A stretch of 64,000 nucleotides of DNA from Leucoraja ocellata (lineage: Eukaryota), in the NCBI GenBank assembly GCA_036785375.1, contig JAWMAR010000178.1, forward strand, positions 2,108,001 to 2,172,000. The letters run 5' to 3'. Below are positions 1 to 12,311 of this stretch, in pieces. The position numbers and the translations under genes are program-made. The notes below the pieces were generated by a model. It was not told the origin of the DNA. It worked only from the letters and a program-made list of their open reading frames with translations, and ran no database searches. Each line of letters starts with the position of its first letter. Position 1 is the first letter of the stretch.

Positions 1-396
1 TATATATTTGGGTAAAATAACTAAAGCTCAAATTTCATTGCATTCATGGTTCACCTGCCAGAAAGTGTGGCTTTCTAATTAACATGTGGGGATCAATCAT
101 GTTGTTTATTCAATCTGAAATCAATATGACATTTTCCTCATATAAGGGCATAGTATTTGCAGCTAAAGAATCAAAAAAGAAGTCGGAGGTGAGACCCTTA
201 TGTTCCCTTTACCACTGTTATTGTAGAAATTAAAATAAGCAGCTATTTTGCACCAAATTGCCATACCAGAACAATGGCCAATTTGCTCCTGCATAAGTGA
301 TGTTTATTCACTTTATAAAGTTTAAAACCAAATTAGAGATGCTGGAAGTGAAATAAAAGTAAAGCATTCTGGCAGCCGTCCGGTCAATTGCCATTT

Positions 397-548
397 GTCA
401 TAAGGTCATAAGGAATCGGAGTAGAATTAGGCCATTCAGTCCATCAAGTCTACACCTTGCCATTCAATCATGGCTGGTCTGTGTCTTCCTCCGTACCCCA
501 TTCTCCTGCCTTCTCCTCATAACCTCTGACACCTGTACTAATCAAGAA
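397..548 (-). mobile_element. CR1/HER1-like LINE 3' UTR fragment
   Basis: Reverse complement matches the 3' tail seen on the other CR1 copies in the window (GGAGAAGGCAGGAGAATGGGG...GATGGACTGAATGGCCTAATTCTACTCC...). Confidence 0.7.
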
Positions 549-1354
549 TCAATGTGAAAAGATAAAAGAAGGTTAGAGACACAAGGAACTGCAGATGCTG
601 GAACATTGCGTTGAATGCCAAGTGCTGGGTAAGTCAGCACGTTGGGTAGCATCTGTGCAGGACATGGATAGATGACATAGTTTGACACATTTCAGGCTGA
701 TTGTAGTGGGAATGAGTGGGGTGGAGGTGGTACAGGAGAATGCTGGGAAAGCAAGATGCATATAAATCTATTCTTGCACTGACTGTTCATTGCGTGTGAC
801 AAAATAGATTGTGGACAGGGGCAGAAGAAGGTATACTTGATTATAAAGCGTTTTTTTAAACTTTCATTTTTTGGCTTTCATCGAAAATAAATTGGTTATC
901 AGTGCCAAATAAAATAATATCAGAATCAAAAATAAGGATTATTTGATTCATGTAAGATTGCTGCAGAATCACTAAAAGATTTTGATTTTAAAATAAACTG
1001 ATTTACTCTCTCCAAAGCCAGTACTTCAAACACAAACATGTCTGCTGGCTCCGTGGGGGTATTATTCAATCAAATAAAAAAAACCCTGATGTTCTGGGTG
1101 CACTGTGCAGAATCCAGAGAATGCTGACTTGTTAGGGATGCAGGCTCATTATGGCAGTAATAAACACACATGCTCCATATATCTACTCAAACAATAATTA
1201 TCCCAGCTAGGTTTATTTCTCAATCAATGTTTAACAGGTTGAGGTTAACTTTCATTTATCCGACTGCAGTCTGAAACCTTGTTTGTGCTGCAGTCATTGC
1301 ACTTGGGTGGAAAGGCAGTTCATCGCTATCTTTTCCCATCTCACTTCAATAAAC

Positions 1355-2313
1355 AATACACAATAGATGCAGGAGTAGGTCATTCGGCCCCTCGAGCCAG
1401 CACCGCCATTCAACGTGATCATGGCTGATCATCCCCAATCAGTACCCCATTCCTGCCTTCTCCCCATATCCCCTGACTCCGCTATTTTTAAGAGCCCTAT
1501 CTAACGCTCTCTTGAAAGTATCTAGAGAACCGGCCTCCACCGCCCTCTGAGGCAGAGAATTCCACAGACAAAAAGTGTTTCCTCGTCTCCTTTCTAAATA
1601 GCTTACCCCTTATTCTTAAACTGTGGCCCCTGGTTCTGGACTCCCCCAACATTGGGAACATGTTTCCTGCCTCTAGCGTGTCCAAGCCCTTAACAATCTA
1701 ATATGTTTCAATGAGATCCTCTCTCATCCTTCTAAACTCCAGAGTGTACAAGCCCAGCCGCTCCATTCTCTCAGCATATGACAGTCCCGCCATCCCGGGA
1801 ATTAACCTTGTAAACCTACGCTGCACTGCCTCAATAGCAAGAATGTCCTTCCTCAAATTAGGGGACCAAAACTGTACACAATACTCCAGGTGTGGTCTGA
1901 CTGGGGCTCTGTACAACTGCAGAAGGACCTCTTTGCTCGTATACTCAACTACTCTTGTTATAAAGGCCAACATGCCATTTGCTTTCTGCACTGCCTGCTG
2001 TACCTGCATGCTTACTTTCATTGACTGATGAACAAGGACCCCCAGATCCTGTTGTACTTCCCCTTTTTCCAACTTGACATAATTTAGATAGTAATCTGCC
2101 TTCCTGTTTTTGCTACCAAAGTGGATAACCTCACATTTATCCACATTAAACTGCATCTGCCATGCATCTGCCCACTCCCCCAACCTGTCCAAGTCACCCT
2201 GCATTCTCATAGCATCCTCCTCACAGTCCATACTGCCACCCAGCTTTGTGTCATCTGCAAATTTGCTAATGTCACTTTGAATCCCTTCATCTAAATTATT
2301 GATGTATTTTGTA
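1355..2313 (-). mobile_element. 5'-truncated CR1 (HER1-like) LINE: RT C-terminal part plus 3' UTR
   Basis: ORF 1698-2363(-) has [37 protein letters not shown] and QRRFTRLIPG; 1497-1685 has SRTRGHSLRIRG; typical CR1 tail follows. Confidence 0.95.
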
Positions 2314-2324
2314 ATACTTTGGCT

Positions 2325-2840
2325 CTTCAACTCCCATCCCCCCCACCCCATCCCCCACCCCATCCCACCTCGGTCAATCGGTCAAACCCTTCTCTCCTCC
2401 TTGGTCAGCCCTCCTCCCTCTCTCCCACTCTGCTGTGCGAATGACCCCTTCACTCACTCCCTCTCTCTCAGTCAAACCCCCTCACTCCCTCCCTCAGTCA
2501 ACCCATCCCATTTTCAGGCACCATTCCTTTCTCCCTTTGCCTCCCGGTCACACCAACCCCAATGCTTGTTCACTCCCTCCCTCTTCGTCACATCCACCCC
2601 CATGCTACCTCCGGTCATCTTCCCACCCCCCCTTCACTTTTCACCCTTCTTATTTCCCTTTTCCCCCCCAACCCCCTACACTCCCTCCTTTAGTAACTCG
2701 GCCTAGCTCCCCCACTCCCTCTCCACCCTGACCCCCTCACACTCCTTCACCCTCTTGGTCATCCCTCATCCACCTCTCCCTCCCTTGGTCACCCCTCATC
2801 GCTCCCTCCCTCTTCTTCCCTGCCCCCTTCATTTCCTCTC
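2325..2840. repeat. C/T-rich low-complexity tract
   Basis: Strongly pyrimidine-biased on the + strand; produces spurious Pro/Ser-rich ORFs. Confidence 0.8.
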
Positions 2841-3904
2841 CAAATGTGGATGCTGAGAATTTAAAGCACTCTGCTGGTTGGGAAACATAAATGGAGAGAG
2901 AAATAGTTAATGTTCCAAGTCAAAGACCTTTCTTATAAATCTGGAAAAAAGGAGAAAACGTAAACACATAAACTAATTTATCAGGGTTTTGTTTTCAGAG
3001 CTTGGGATGGGTTTTTGCCATCAGGTAATGGGTGTCGAAAGTCCTTCCATGGCCGACTAAAATTGATGCATTAGCTGGATATAGTTATTTTCCTACTTGG
3101 AAATTTGACATGTACAATCAAGCATTGAGTGAGATTATTTGTCCACGCTATTAGGAACATTTGAGTAATTGCCTAATCCTACTTTTTGCCTCTAAACGTG
3201 GTCTGATTTAACTTCAATTGTTTCCTTTCTGTATATATTCCAATTTTAAAGCCAAGATGTTTCTATCTTCACTTATCAAGCCACCAAGCTAACGTAGCAG
3301 ACACTGGGATAGTTCAGTTGATGCGATGTGCAAAGCACTTTAAGTATCTCAGTGTTCATATTGTGTTGAAATTAAATTGTTGGTTTATGCTGAGTTTGCA
3401 TTCCGAGAAGATGCATAGCAGCAATTGACAGAGTAAATATATTCTGTGATCTGAAAGAATGCGCCAGTACTTGACAAAGTCTTTGCTAATTGCATCATTG
3501 ACAGTTGAGGGCTGGCAGTGCGTCATTAAGAAAATGCCATATATAAAACTTCCAGAAAATAATCCTTCAGTTTAAAGGTTTTATTTTCCAGATTTTGTTT
3601 CAAAGTGGATCAGAGCTCAAGTAACTCAGTAAATCAAAATTTCCTGCCACTTGATGGTTATTTTTTTGGGGGGGGTTTTCCCAATTTAGTTCTCAGCATG
3701 ATGTATGTAGTGTCCTTTCCAGGAACCTGAGGGGAGATAGGGGTAGGATACAGCCCTGGGGGGTGTGGCTAGGCGTAGGGCAAGGTTAGCTCATCAGCTT
3801 CATTCTGTGACCTGTGATGAAGTACACATTGAGCAGTAAAACATTGATTTAATAGGATAGAACTTTATCGTACTTAGATTTCCTACTTGGGAATTTGACA
3901 TGTA

Positions 3905-5535
3905 CAGTGCCCCCCATAATGTTTGGGACAAAGACAAAAAAATATATTTATTTGCCTCTGTTCTCCACAATTTGAGATTTGTATTTTAAAAAAATCACAT
4001 GATTAATGTGCACAGTGTCAGATTTTAATAAAGGCCAGTTTTATACATTTTGGTTTCACCATGTAGAAATTACAGCAGTGTTTATATATAGTCCCCCCAT
4101 TTCAGGGCGCCATAATGTTTGGGACACAGCGATGTCATATAAATGAAAGTAGTTATGTTTAGTATTTTGTTGCATATCCTTTGCATGCAATGACTGCTTG
4201 AAGTCTGCGATTCATGGACATCACCAGTTGCTGGTTTTCTTCTCTGGTGATGCTCTGCCAGGCCTGTATTGCAGCCATCTTTAGCTTGTGCTTGTTTTTG
4301 GGGCTAGTCCCCTTCAGTTGTCTCTTCAGCGTATAAAAGGCATGCTCAATTAGGTTCAGATTGGGCGATTGACTTGGCAACTCAAGAATTGACCATTTTT
4401 TAACTTTGAAAAACTCCTTTGTTGCTTTAGCAGTATGTTTGGGATCATTGTCTTGCCGTAGAATGAACCGCCGGCCAATGAGTTTTGAGGCATTTGTTTG
4501 AACTTGAGCGGATAGGATGTGTCTATACAATTCAGAATTCATTATGCTACTGCCATCAGCAGTTGTATCATCAATGAAGATATGTGAGCCAGTACCTTCA
4601 GCAGCCATACATGCCTGGCCATAACACCCCCACCACCGTGTTTCACAGATGAGGTGGTATGCTTTGGATCTTGGGCAGTTCCTTCTCTCCTCCGTACTTT
4701 GCTCTTGTCATCACTCTGATATAAGTTAATCTTCATCTCATCTGTCCAGAACTGTTGTTGCTCTTTTAAGTACTTCTTGGCAAACTGTAACCTGGCCATC
4801 CTATTTTTGCGGCTAACCAGTGGTTTGCATCTGGCAGTGTAGCCTCTGTATTTCTGTTCATGAAGTCTTCTGCGGACAGTGGCATTGAAAAATCCACACC
4901 TGACTCCTGAAGAGTGTTTCTGATCTGTCTGACAGGTGTTTGGGGATTTTCTTTATTATAGAGAATTCTTCTGTCATCAGCTGTGGAGATCTTCCTTGAC
5001 CTGCCAGTCCCTTTGTGATTAGTAAGCTCACCAGTGCTCTCTTTCTTCTTCATGATGTCCCAAACAGTTGATTCTGGTAAGCCTAAGGTCTGGCTAATGT
5101 CTCTAACAGTTTTATTCTTGTTTCTCAGTCTCATAATGGCTTCTTTGACTTTCATTGGCACAACTTTAGTCTTTGTTGATAAACAGCGATAAAAGTTTCC
5201 AAAGGTGATAGAAAGACTGGAGGAAAGACTAGGTGCTAAGAGCTCTCTTATACATACATTAAGGTGGCAAATAAATACATCTGAGCAATTACAAACGCCT
5301 GTGAAGCCAAGTGTCCCATACATAATGGTGCCCTGAAATGGAGGGACTATGTATAAACACAGCTGTAATTTCTACATGGTGAAACCAAAATGTATAAAAA
5401 TGGCCTTTAATAAAATCTGACAATGTGCACTTTAAACACATGTGATTTTTTTCTATTACAAAACAATAAATTTTGGAGTACAGAGGCAAGTAAATAAATG
5501 ATGGGTCTTTGTCCCAAACATTATGGAGGGCACTG
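3905..5535 (-). mobile_element. Tc1/mariner transposon, IR/DR type, near full length
   Basis: TA|CAGTGCCCCCCATAATGTTTGGGACA ... TGTCCCAAACATTATGGAGGGCACTG|TA; ~220-bp TIRs each with an inner copy of the CCATAATGTTTGGGACA-like repeat (~4110, ~5313); TA duplication at 3903-3904 and 5536-5537. Confidence 0.95.
4159..5160 (-). pseudogene. Tc1 DDE transposase, frameshifted
   Basis: Split over three frames: HTH region (TVRDISQTLGLPESTVWDI, GRSRK), WTDE...SVKHGGGGVM, and QDNDPKH...PSQSPNLNLIEH. Confidence 0.92.
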
Positions 5536-6344
5536 TACAATCTAGCTTTGGGTGAAATTATTTTTTCACACTATTAGTAGCATTTGAGTAATTGCCTAAT
5601 CCTACTTTTTGCCTCTAAAGGAATCTACATCATCGTCAGTGTGATCATGGGATATAAAATAAATTCAAGGATTATTAAATTTAGAATATGATATCTAATA
5701 TTGTTCGGTTGTGGCAAAGAATAATATACTACAGGAAGAGACTATTTAACTGTATTTATCCCCCCCCCCCCCCCCCCCCCCCCGCCCCTCCTATTTGAAA
5801 GAAGTATTCAATAAGTTTCATTCCTTTTAACTTTTCCAATAGCTCTGGAATTATCTTAATTCAAACAATTTCCTTTTTCGGAAGTTAATGTATCTGTTTC
5901 CACTAACCTTTAGACAATGGATTTCGCTGCAAGCAATATTCTTCCTTTATTTCAACAATGTTTTGTTTTGTTCTGTACTAGCCAACCATTCTGCACCAGA
6001 AATAGGCTCCTCTATTTATAATATCAAAATCCTTCATGATTTTCAGCCTTCTATCCCATCTCCACTGAACTTGTTCTGCTTTGCGAGTAACCTCGGCTCC
6101 TTGCATCTCTCCATGTAGCTAATGTTATTAGTTCCCAGTAGTGATCTCTGTCCCCTGCCTATGTAGTGTGGCCATATTTTCTGTTTGTTAAATGCAAAAC
6201 AAACATGCATATAATTGCTGTCAAAATGACACCACACTATTGAAGCACAACCATAAGAAGTCTAATAACATGACTAGTCTCCTGACAATAGAGTGACCCT
6301 CATTATAATGAACTATAAGGGCGGGTGGGGGGTGGTATAATCAT

Positions 6345-7118
6345 AGGTAGATAAAATGCTGGAGAAACTCAGCGGGTGAGGCAGCATCTATGGAGGAAAG
6401 GAATAGGTAACATATCGGGTCGAGACCCTTCTTCAGGCTGATGTGGGGGGGAGGGGGGGAAAGAAAGGACGAGGCGGAGACAGTGGGCTGTGGGAGAGCT
6501 GGGAAGGGGAGGGGAAGGAGGGCGAAAGCAAGGATTACCTGAAATTGGAGGTCAATGTTCATACCTCTGGGGTGTAAACTACCCAAGCAAAATATGAGTT
6601 GCTGCTCCTCCAATTTGCGGTGGGACTTACTCTGGCCATGGAGGAGGCCAAGGACAGAAAGGTCGGATTCGGAATGGGAGGGGAAGTGCTGAGCCATCGG
6701 GAGATCGGGTTAGTTAATGCGAACTGTGCGGAGGTGTTGATCTAAGCAATCGGCAAGCCTGCGTTTGGTCTCACCGATGTAGAGTAGTTGGCACCTAGAG
6801 CAGCAGATGAAATAGATGAGGTTGGAGGAGGTGCAGGTGAACCTCTGCCTCACCTGGAACGACTGCTTGGGTCCTTGGATGGAGTCGAGGGGAGAGGTAA
6901 AGCGACAAGTGTAGCATTTCCTGCGGTTGCAAGGGAAAGTACCAGGGGAGGAGGTGGTTTGGGTGGAAAGGGACGAATTCCCCAGGGAGTTGCAGAGGGG
7001 AGCGGTCTCTGCGGAAAGCAGTAAGGGGAGGAGATGGGAAAATGTGGCCAGTGGTGGGATCCCGTTGGAGATGGCGAAAATGTTGGAGGATTATCTGTTG
7101 TATGTGGCGGCTGGTAGG
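6345..7118 (-). mobile_element. Penelope-like element 3' part: GIY-YIG endonuclease remnant plus pLTR-like end
   Basis: Minus strand reads ...FPCNRRKCYTC...NLIYFICCSRCQLLYIGETKRRLADC..., then AQHF...LSVLGLL...RKLEEQQLIFCLGSLHPRGMNID, then a degenerate hammerhead motif near 6410-6440. Confidence 0.88.
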
Positions 7119-8979
7119 GTATAATCATTGTATGTAGTTGAAACAAATAACTGCAGATGGTGGTTAATACACAAAAGGACACGGTGCTGAATAACTCAGT
7201 GGGTCAGGCCGCATCATGAATATAGAGCGGTGACATGGGACCCTTTTCCAGACTGATTCATTCTGCTGAGTTACTCCAACATCCCGTGTCATTTCACCTT
7301 AAAACAGGGCGCCAATGCCGCTCGTCTGCACCAGCGAGCCCTTTGTCACTGGTTGACACGGCTGTTGTTTGGGTGCATGTTGTAGCCTCTGGCAATAGCG
7401 TTTCTTCAGGCTGTCGCGAAAGGCCAGTTCGGTCACCATGGGGCTCTGTCCGCTTTCCCCTGCTGCAGCTTCGAAGGTGGAGTATGTCAGCAATTCTGGG
7501 GGAGAAGGAAGCAGCGGAGGAAGGATGGTCGGGTGGAGGGGAGGCCAAGTGGACAGAGCGACAGGAGAAGAAGGTGGCGGCAGTCACGGTCGAGCGGAAA
7601 CAGCGTCCTTTTGGTGGCAGCAACGGCCCGAATAAAGCGTGTTCCCTGGGGCTACAACGTGAGCCGCAACAACAGCCAGGTCAACGGAGCGCACGGTGGG
7701 TGAAGAAGGGCTCGCTGGCGCACCTTGTGAGGCGGAGAGTGGCGTCAGAAGCTGGGGTTGCAAACAACCAGAGAGAAGGTGTGGTTGGTAGATCCGATCA
7801 CTAAAAACCAAATCTGTTATAAAGTGGTCCATTCAAACGAGGGTTACTATATTGTAATTGTTGCAAATTGTGTATGTGGCCCGGATGTTGGTGCACAGTT
7901 ACAGGAGTCCAGCTTGATTTGGAGCTTCTGCATTCTGACCTTTCCCATTCTCAGCTCGCCTCTTGTTTCTGTCCCTCTCTGTCTTGGTATCTGTGAGTCT
8001 AAGATATTGGAAGATAGTCATAAATAAATGTACAGCATAGAAATGTGCTCTTACAGCCCACGTTGTCCACGTGGCCATGATGCTGATCTATTCTAATGTC
8101 CGCTGTCCGCTCCACCCCATACACCCTCCTTTACACTCTCAGAGCTGCTATAGCATTTTATAGCCCCATCTAGGAAGCCCCTGTCCCCTCTCAGCGTAAA
8201 AACCAGGCAGGCGACAGTCAACCTTGACAAAAGGTGGACACTTGCGGTAGAAGGCAGTCTTCAGCCAGGTTGCACTATCCGATCTGCATGTGGGGTTCTT
8301 GTGGAGGGAAGAGTAGGGCAATATTAAAGTTCACAGATGTGCAGACAGGTTTTTATTTTCATGGCGTCCTATGTTTATAGTCCATCTGTAAATCTTCTGG
8401 GTTTGAGATGAGTTTGCCGACTGGGAAACTTTATTTGGTCGGCTACTGTGATCTGGGAATGATTCCTGGAAAATTAGGAGATACAATAATCCACTTAAGG
8501 CCAGAGGTTTTTAGTGTTACATATGGAACTGCCTGAAATATTCAAGCTGAGGCCTAACCAGTGTCATAGAGTCAGTCACACGGCACAGAAACAGGACCTT
8601 TGGCCCACCTTGCCCTTGCCAACCAAGTATCTCTATCAACCAGTATTTGGTCTTCTGCCCCGACTATAAAATACTCATCCACCATCACCTCAGCCAATGT
8701 GCAAAACTTCACATTGTACTCTTCTGTTTATAAAGCCAGAGATTATATTTGACATATAGTGTGCATATACTTTCACATCTTGGTATTTTATCAAACTTAC
8801 ACCATTGACCCGACCTCATTCATCTTTAGTAAAAAGTGTCATTTAACATTACTCAGCCTGAATCTCATTCACCATCTCTGCCTATTAAGCAAGTTTATTG
8901 CCCTGGTGCAGACTGTCCTCTTTTCGACCTTCACTGTTATCTTTGCTATGTTTGCCCCACCTCCATTTTGGTTCATTTC

Positions 8980-10101
8980 ATAGGAATAGGAATAGGAATA
9001 GATAGATAGATAGATAGATAGCCTTTTATTGTCATTCAGACCGAAGTCTGAACGAAATTGCAGCAGTCATACATATAATACCATACAATAAAACAACAGT
9101 AAACACATATTAACATCCACCACAGTGAGTCCACCCAGCATCTCCTCACTGTGATGGAGGCAAAAGTCTTTGGTCTGCAGTCTCTTCCCTCCTCTTCTCC
9201 CTCTGCGCTGGGGCGATACCCCCCCCCCCCCCCCCCCCCCCGGGCGATGTTAAGAACAGTCCCGCGGCTCAAACACCGCGGCCCGGGGTGGTTGAAGCTG
9301 CCGCCCACCAGTCCTGCAGACGCAGCCGCTGGCCCGCGGCCGAACCCCGGACTCAGGCCACCACCGCCAGAACACCGTCCCAGCCACCCTCACGTGAGTA
9401 CTGCGCCGTCTTCAGCCTCGGGCTGGGCTGGGCCGCCCCGACTTGGGCGCCGAACCTCCCCCGGACCGGGCCGCCCCGACTTGGGCGTCACTTCTCCCCC
9501 GGACCGGGCCGCCCCGACTTGGGCGTCGCTTCTTCCCCGGGCTGGGCCGCCCCGACTTGGGCGTCGCTTCTTCCCCGGGCTGGGCCGCCCCGACTTGGGC
9601 GTCGCTTCTCCCCCGGACCGGGCCGCCCCGACTTGGGCGTCGCTTCTTCCCCGGGCCGGGCCGCCCCGACTTGGGCGCCGAACCTCCCTCGGGCTGCCAG
9701 CGCCGCACCTTCCCGAGCTCGGCCGCTCCGACGAGAGCCTCGTTCCACCCTCGGGCTGGCCGTCCTCACGGGAGCGTCCCAACCTCTTCCAGCCCTGAGC
9801 CGGACCACCCTCACGGGAGCGAGCTCAGGGCGAGTCCTGACGGTGCTCTGCCTCCAGAGCCTCGAGGTCGTCAGCTCCATTAGGCCTCAGCACAGACGGA
9901 GGCAGAGAAGGGGAATACGACAAAAAGGTCGTATTCCCCCGCAGGGAGAGACTGCAAACCCCGTTTCAACCCCCCCCCCCCCCCCCCCCAAAACACAAGC
10001 TAAAACCAAAAATCTAGACTAACCAAAACAAAATAAACAACACAAAAAACACAAACAACGGGACCGCCGGTAAGCCGCTGCAGCCAGAGCCGCGCCGCCA
10101 T
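8980..10101 (-). mobile_element. GC-rich non-coding retroposon with Rex1-type tail
   Basis: Minus strand begins ATGGCGGCGCGG, then a T-rich tract, G-run, hairpin module and minisatellite; ends AATTTCGTT...ATGACAATAAA followed by (TATC)n(TATTCC)n. Confidence 0.65.
9421..9690. repeat. GC-rich minisatellite, ~37-38-bp unit, ~7 copies
   Basis: Tandem GGGCCGCCCCGACTTGGGCGTCGCTTCT(T)CCCCGG(G/A)C(T/C) units. Confidence 0.92.
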
Positions 10102-10106
10102 TCCAA

Positions 10107-10640
10107 AATACTTTATTGTCACATGTTACCAGGCACAGAGAGATTCTTTGCTTGCATACACAATGTATACAAATAGCAGCCAACAATGGCGCTGACAAAG
10201 TTACAAAGCACGCCGGCCGGCTCCCCCTTTTGTCCTCCCCCCGACCACAGCGGGTCCTCATTGTCCACTGTTCTTCCCCTCTCCCCTCACGGCGACCCCC
10301 CCACGCCGCGTCCATTGTTCTTCCCCTCCACACTCACATCAACCATCGACCGCGGGTTGACCCGCGAGGCATCGCCGCCGCCGTGAACCTTCATCACCAC
10401 CGAGGCCCCATCACCACCGAGGCCCCATTTCACGCCTCCGTGGTGCCGACCTGGGCTCCAGCCGCGGGCTCCATCGGCCGCTTCGCCCGACCCAGGCTTT
10501 TATCCACGAGGCCTCGGCCCGGGCTTCTCTGCGGTGATCCGGGAGGCATCGAGATCGCGGCACCTCGATAAAGGCCTCTGGCTGCGTTCCACGTCCACAG
10601 CCGCGGCTCGTCGGGAAGCTTTCTAGCCGCGCGGCCCGTA
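10107..10640 (-). mobile_element. GC-rich non-coding retroposon (related group, 5'-truncated)
   Basis: Minus strand ends ...CTGTGCCTGGTAACATGTGACAATAAAGTA (Rex1-type tail) after a CpG-rich body. Confidence 0.55.
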
Positions 10641-12311
10641 GGGATACAAATGAGAAACAAATGAGAGAAATCAATTCCCATACCTGAAGTACAGTTAGAT
10701 GGTGATCAGAGAAAGGGGGTTTTCTTAATTTGCACATAGCAAAGATAAGAGGAGGTGAGTTAAACATTTTAACCGCAGCTCCCTCTAAAATGCAGAAAAT
10801 CTGCAATGAAGGCCTAAAATACAGAAAATCTATAATGAATTGTGCAAGTGTCCATTGATTACCCTGTTGAAACTAAATAATGGACACAATTTTTGTTTTC
10901 TTCCATGGAGCTAACTGATGGATTTTTTTCTGTGTAATGGCTAATAGCAAACTTTTAAGTTGTGTAATCTTGTTTATGGATTAAGTACTGGATAACTGCT
11001 GGGAGGATGGAGACAAATCTACATTTGTTCCCACCAGGGGAGTTTGATGCATTAAAACACATTGAATGATATTTATAAAGGAGACAGAGGGAGAGGTTGG
11101 AATGCAGAGCTAAGCCTGTTCTGTTGAATAGTTATAGGCTTGTGTTTGTGGAAATATTTCACATTTTTGCAATTAGTCATACAGTAAATGTGTGCGTGCA
11201 GTTAAAACATTTTAATTGTTTGATGACTTCATGTGTATACCTGAGAACAGCAGCAAAGAGGATCATTTAATTGTATTGGTTGCCTCCCAGTGGTACTTAA
11301 AAAGTTTGAAACCTAAGCATGTATTCTCGTGGTTTTGTTGTTCACTTTCATCTACGTTTTTGGAAAAAGCCTGCAACTGTAGATAATCAATATCTATCCT
11401 CCTGGGTAAGGAATATTCCAAAACCCATTGTGGCATTTTAATGTATGCCTCTAATTTGCAGATTTATTCACCATGGCCTAAGTAATGTTCATGAGGAACT
11501 TTATTGTTCATCAAGGTAGCCAGAACAACACCACAAGTTTTAGATTTTGTATTTCTTTCTATTTTCTTATCCTACTTGTTCTGGTGAGGTTATGAAGGAA
11601 ATTCTGAGGTTATTTTGTTCCCCATGTTGTTCAGATTCAAATTTTAAGGGAATGAAGTCAAATGATCCTGCCATTTTCCCTCTCAAGTGCAACAAAATGT
11701 CAGCTTTCTTCTCTATCCAGCAGAGGTTGGATCAAGGGAATAGGTCATTCTAATTCTGTAGAACCCTGTAGTTGCACATTTGGACATCTCACATCTTAAA
11801 TGGTAAAGATGTTTGTTCAATTTCCTTCCCATTTTGCCTGTTGCCATTGGCAATTACTGGGTTGTACATCTTATAGACCATATTCAACACTTGTCGATTG
11901 GCTATATATTTGCAAGTCTGACACCGACATCCATCCGCGTAGCAGCCCGACACCGACATCCACCAGCATAAATTCATGGCAAACACCAACTCCAGATTCC
12001 TAGATGGACTCGATCCATTACAGTTTGCGTACCATCGCAACAGGTCCAGGGCAGGTGTCATTTCTCTGACCTGACACTCTTCTCTGGAGCACCTGGACTA
12101 CAAGGACACCTACAATAAATTTATATTTATAAATTATAGCTCTGCTTTCAGCACCGTAATCCCAACTAAACTCATCTCCAAATTCATGGTCCCAGGAGTC
12201 GACACCTGGTTTTGCAACTTTAAAACCTGGTTTTACCTCGACTTCCTGACAAAACATCCTCTCAAGACTGATGCCCCACAAGGATGAGTTCTCAGTCTAT
12301 TACTATGTATT

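Noticed and set aside
2299-2731. Pro/Ser-rich ORFs
   Set aside because: Low-complexity C/T tract.
5760-5790. Long poly-C/G runs here and at ~9220, ~9970, ~13925, ~23651 and ~62135
   Set aside because: Frequent throughout the window, often inside repeats, and lengths are unreliable in this consensus; no specific function can be supported.
9421-9690. 37-38-bp repeats superficially like a CRISPR array
   Set aside because: Tandem units without unique spacers, no cas genes, vertebrate context. The same applies to 62335-62561.
9151-10022. Stack of long overlapping ORFs (up to 244 aa) on both strands
   Set aside because: Caused by a GC-rich minisatellite that lacks stop codons; repetitive translations and no splice signals or recognisable domain.
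11319-11411. ATG-initiated frame ending at TGG|GTAAGG as a possible alternative KANK1 first exon
   Set aside because: The donor would be phase 0 while the next visible exon needs phase 1; no other support.
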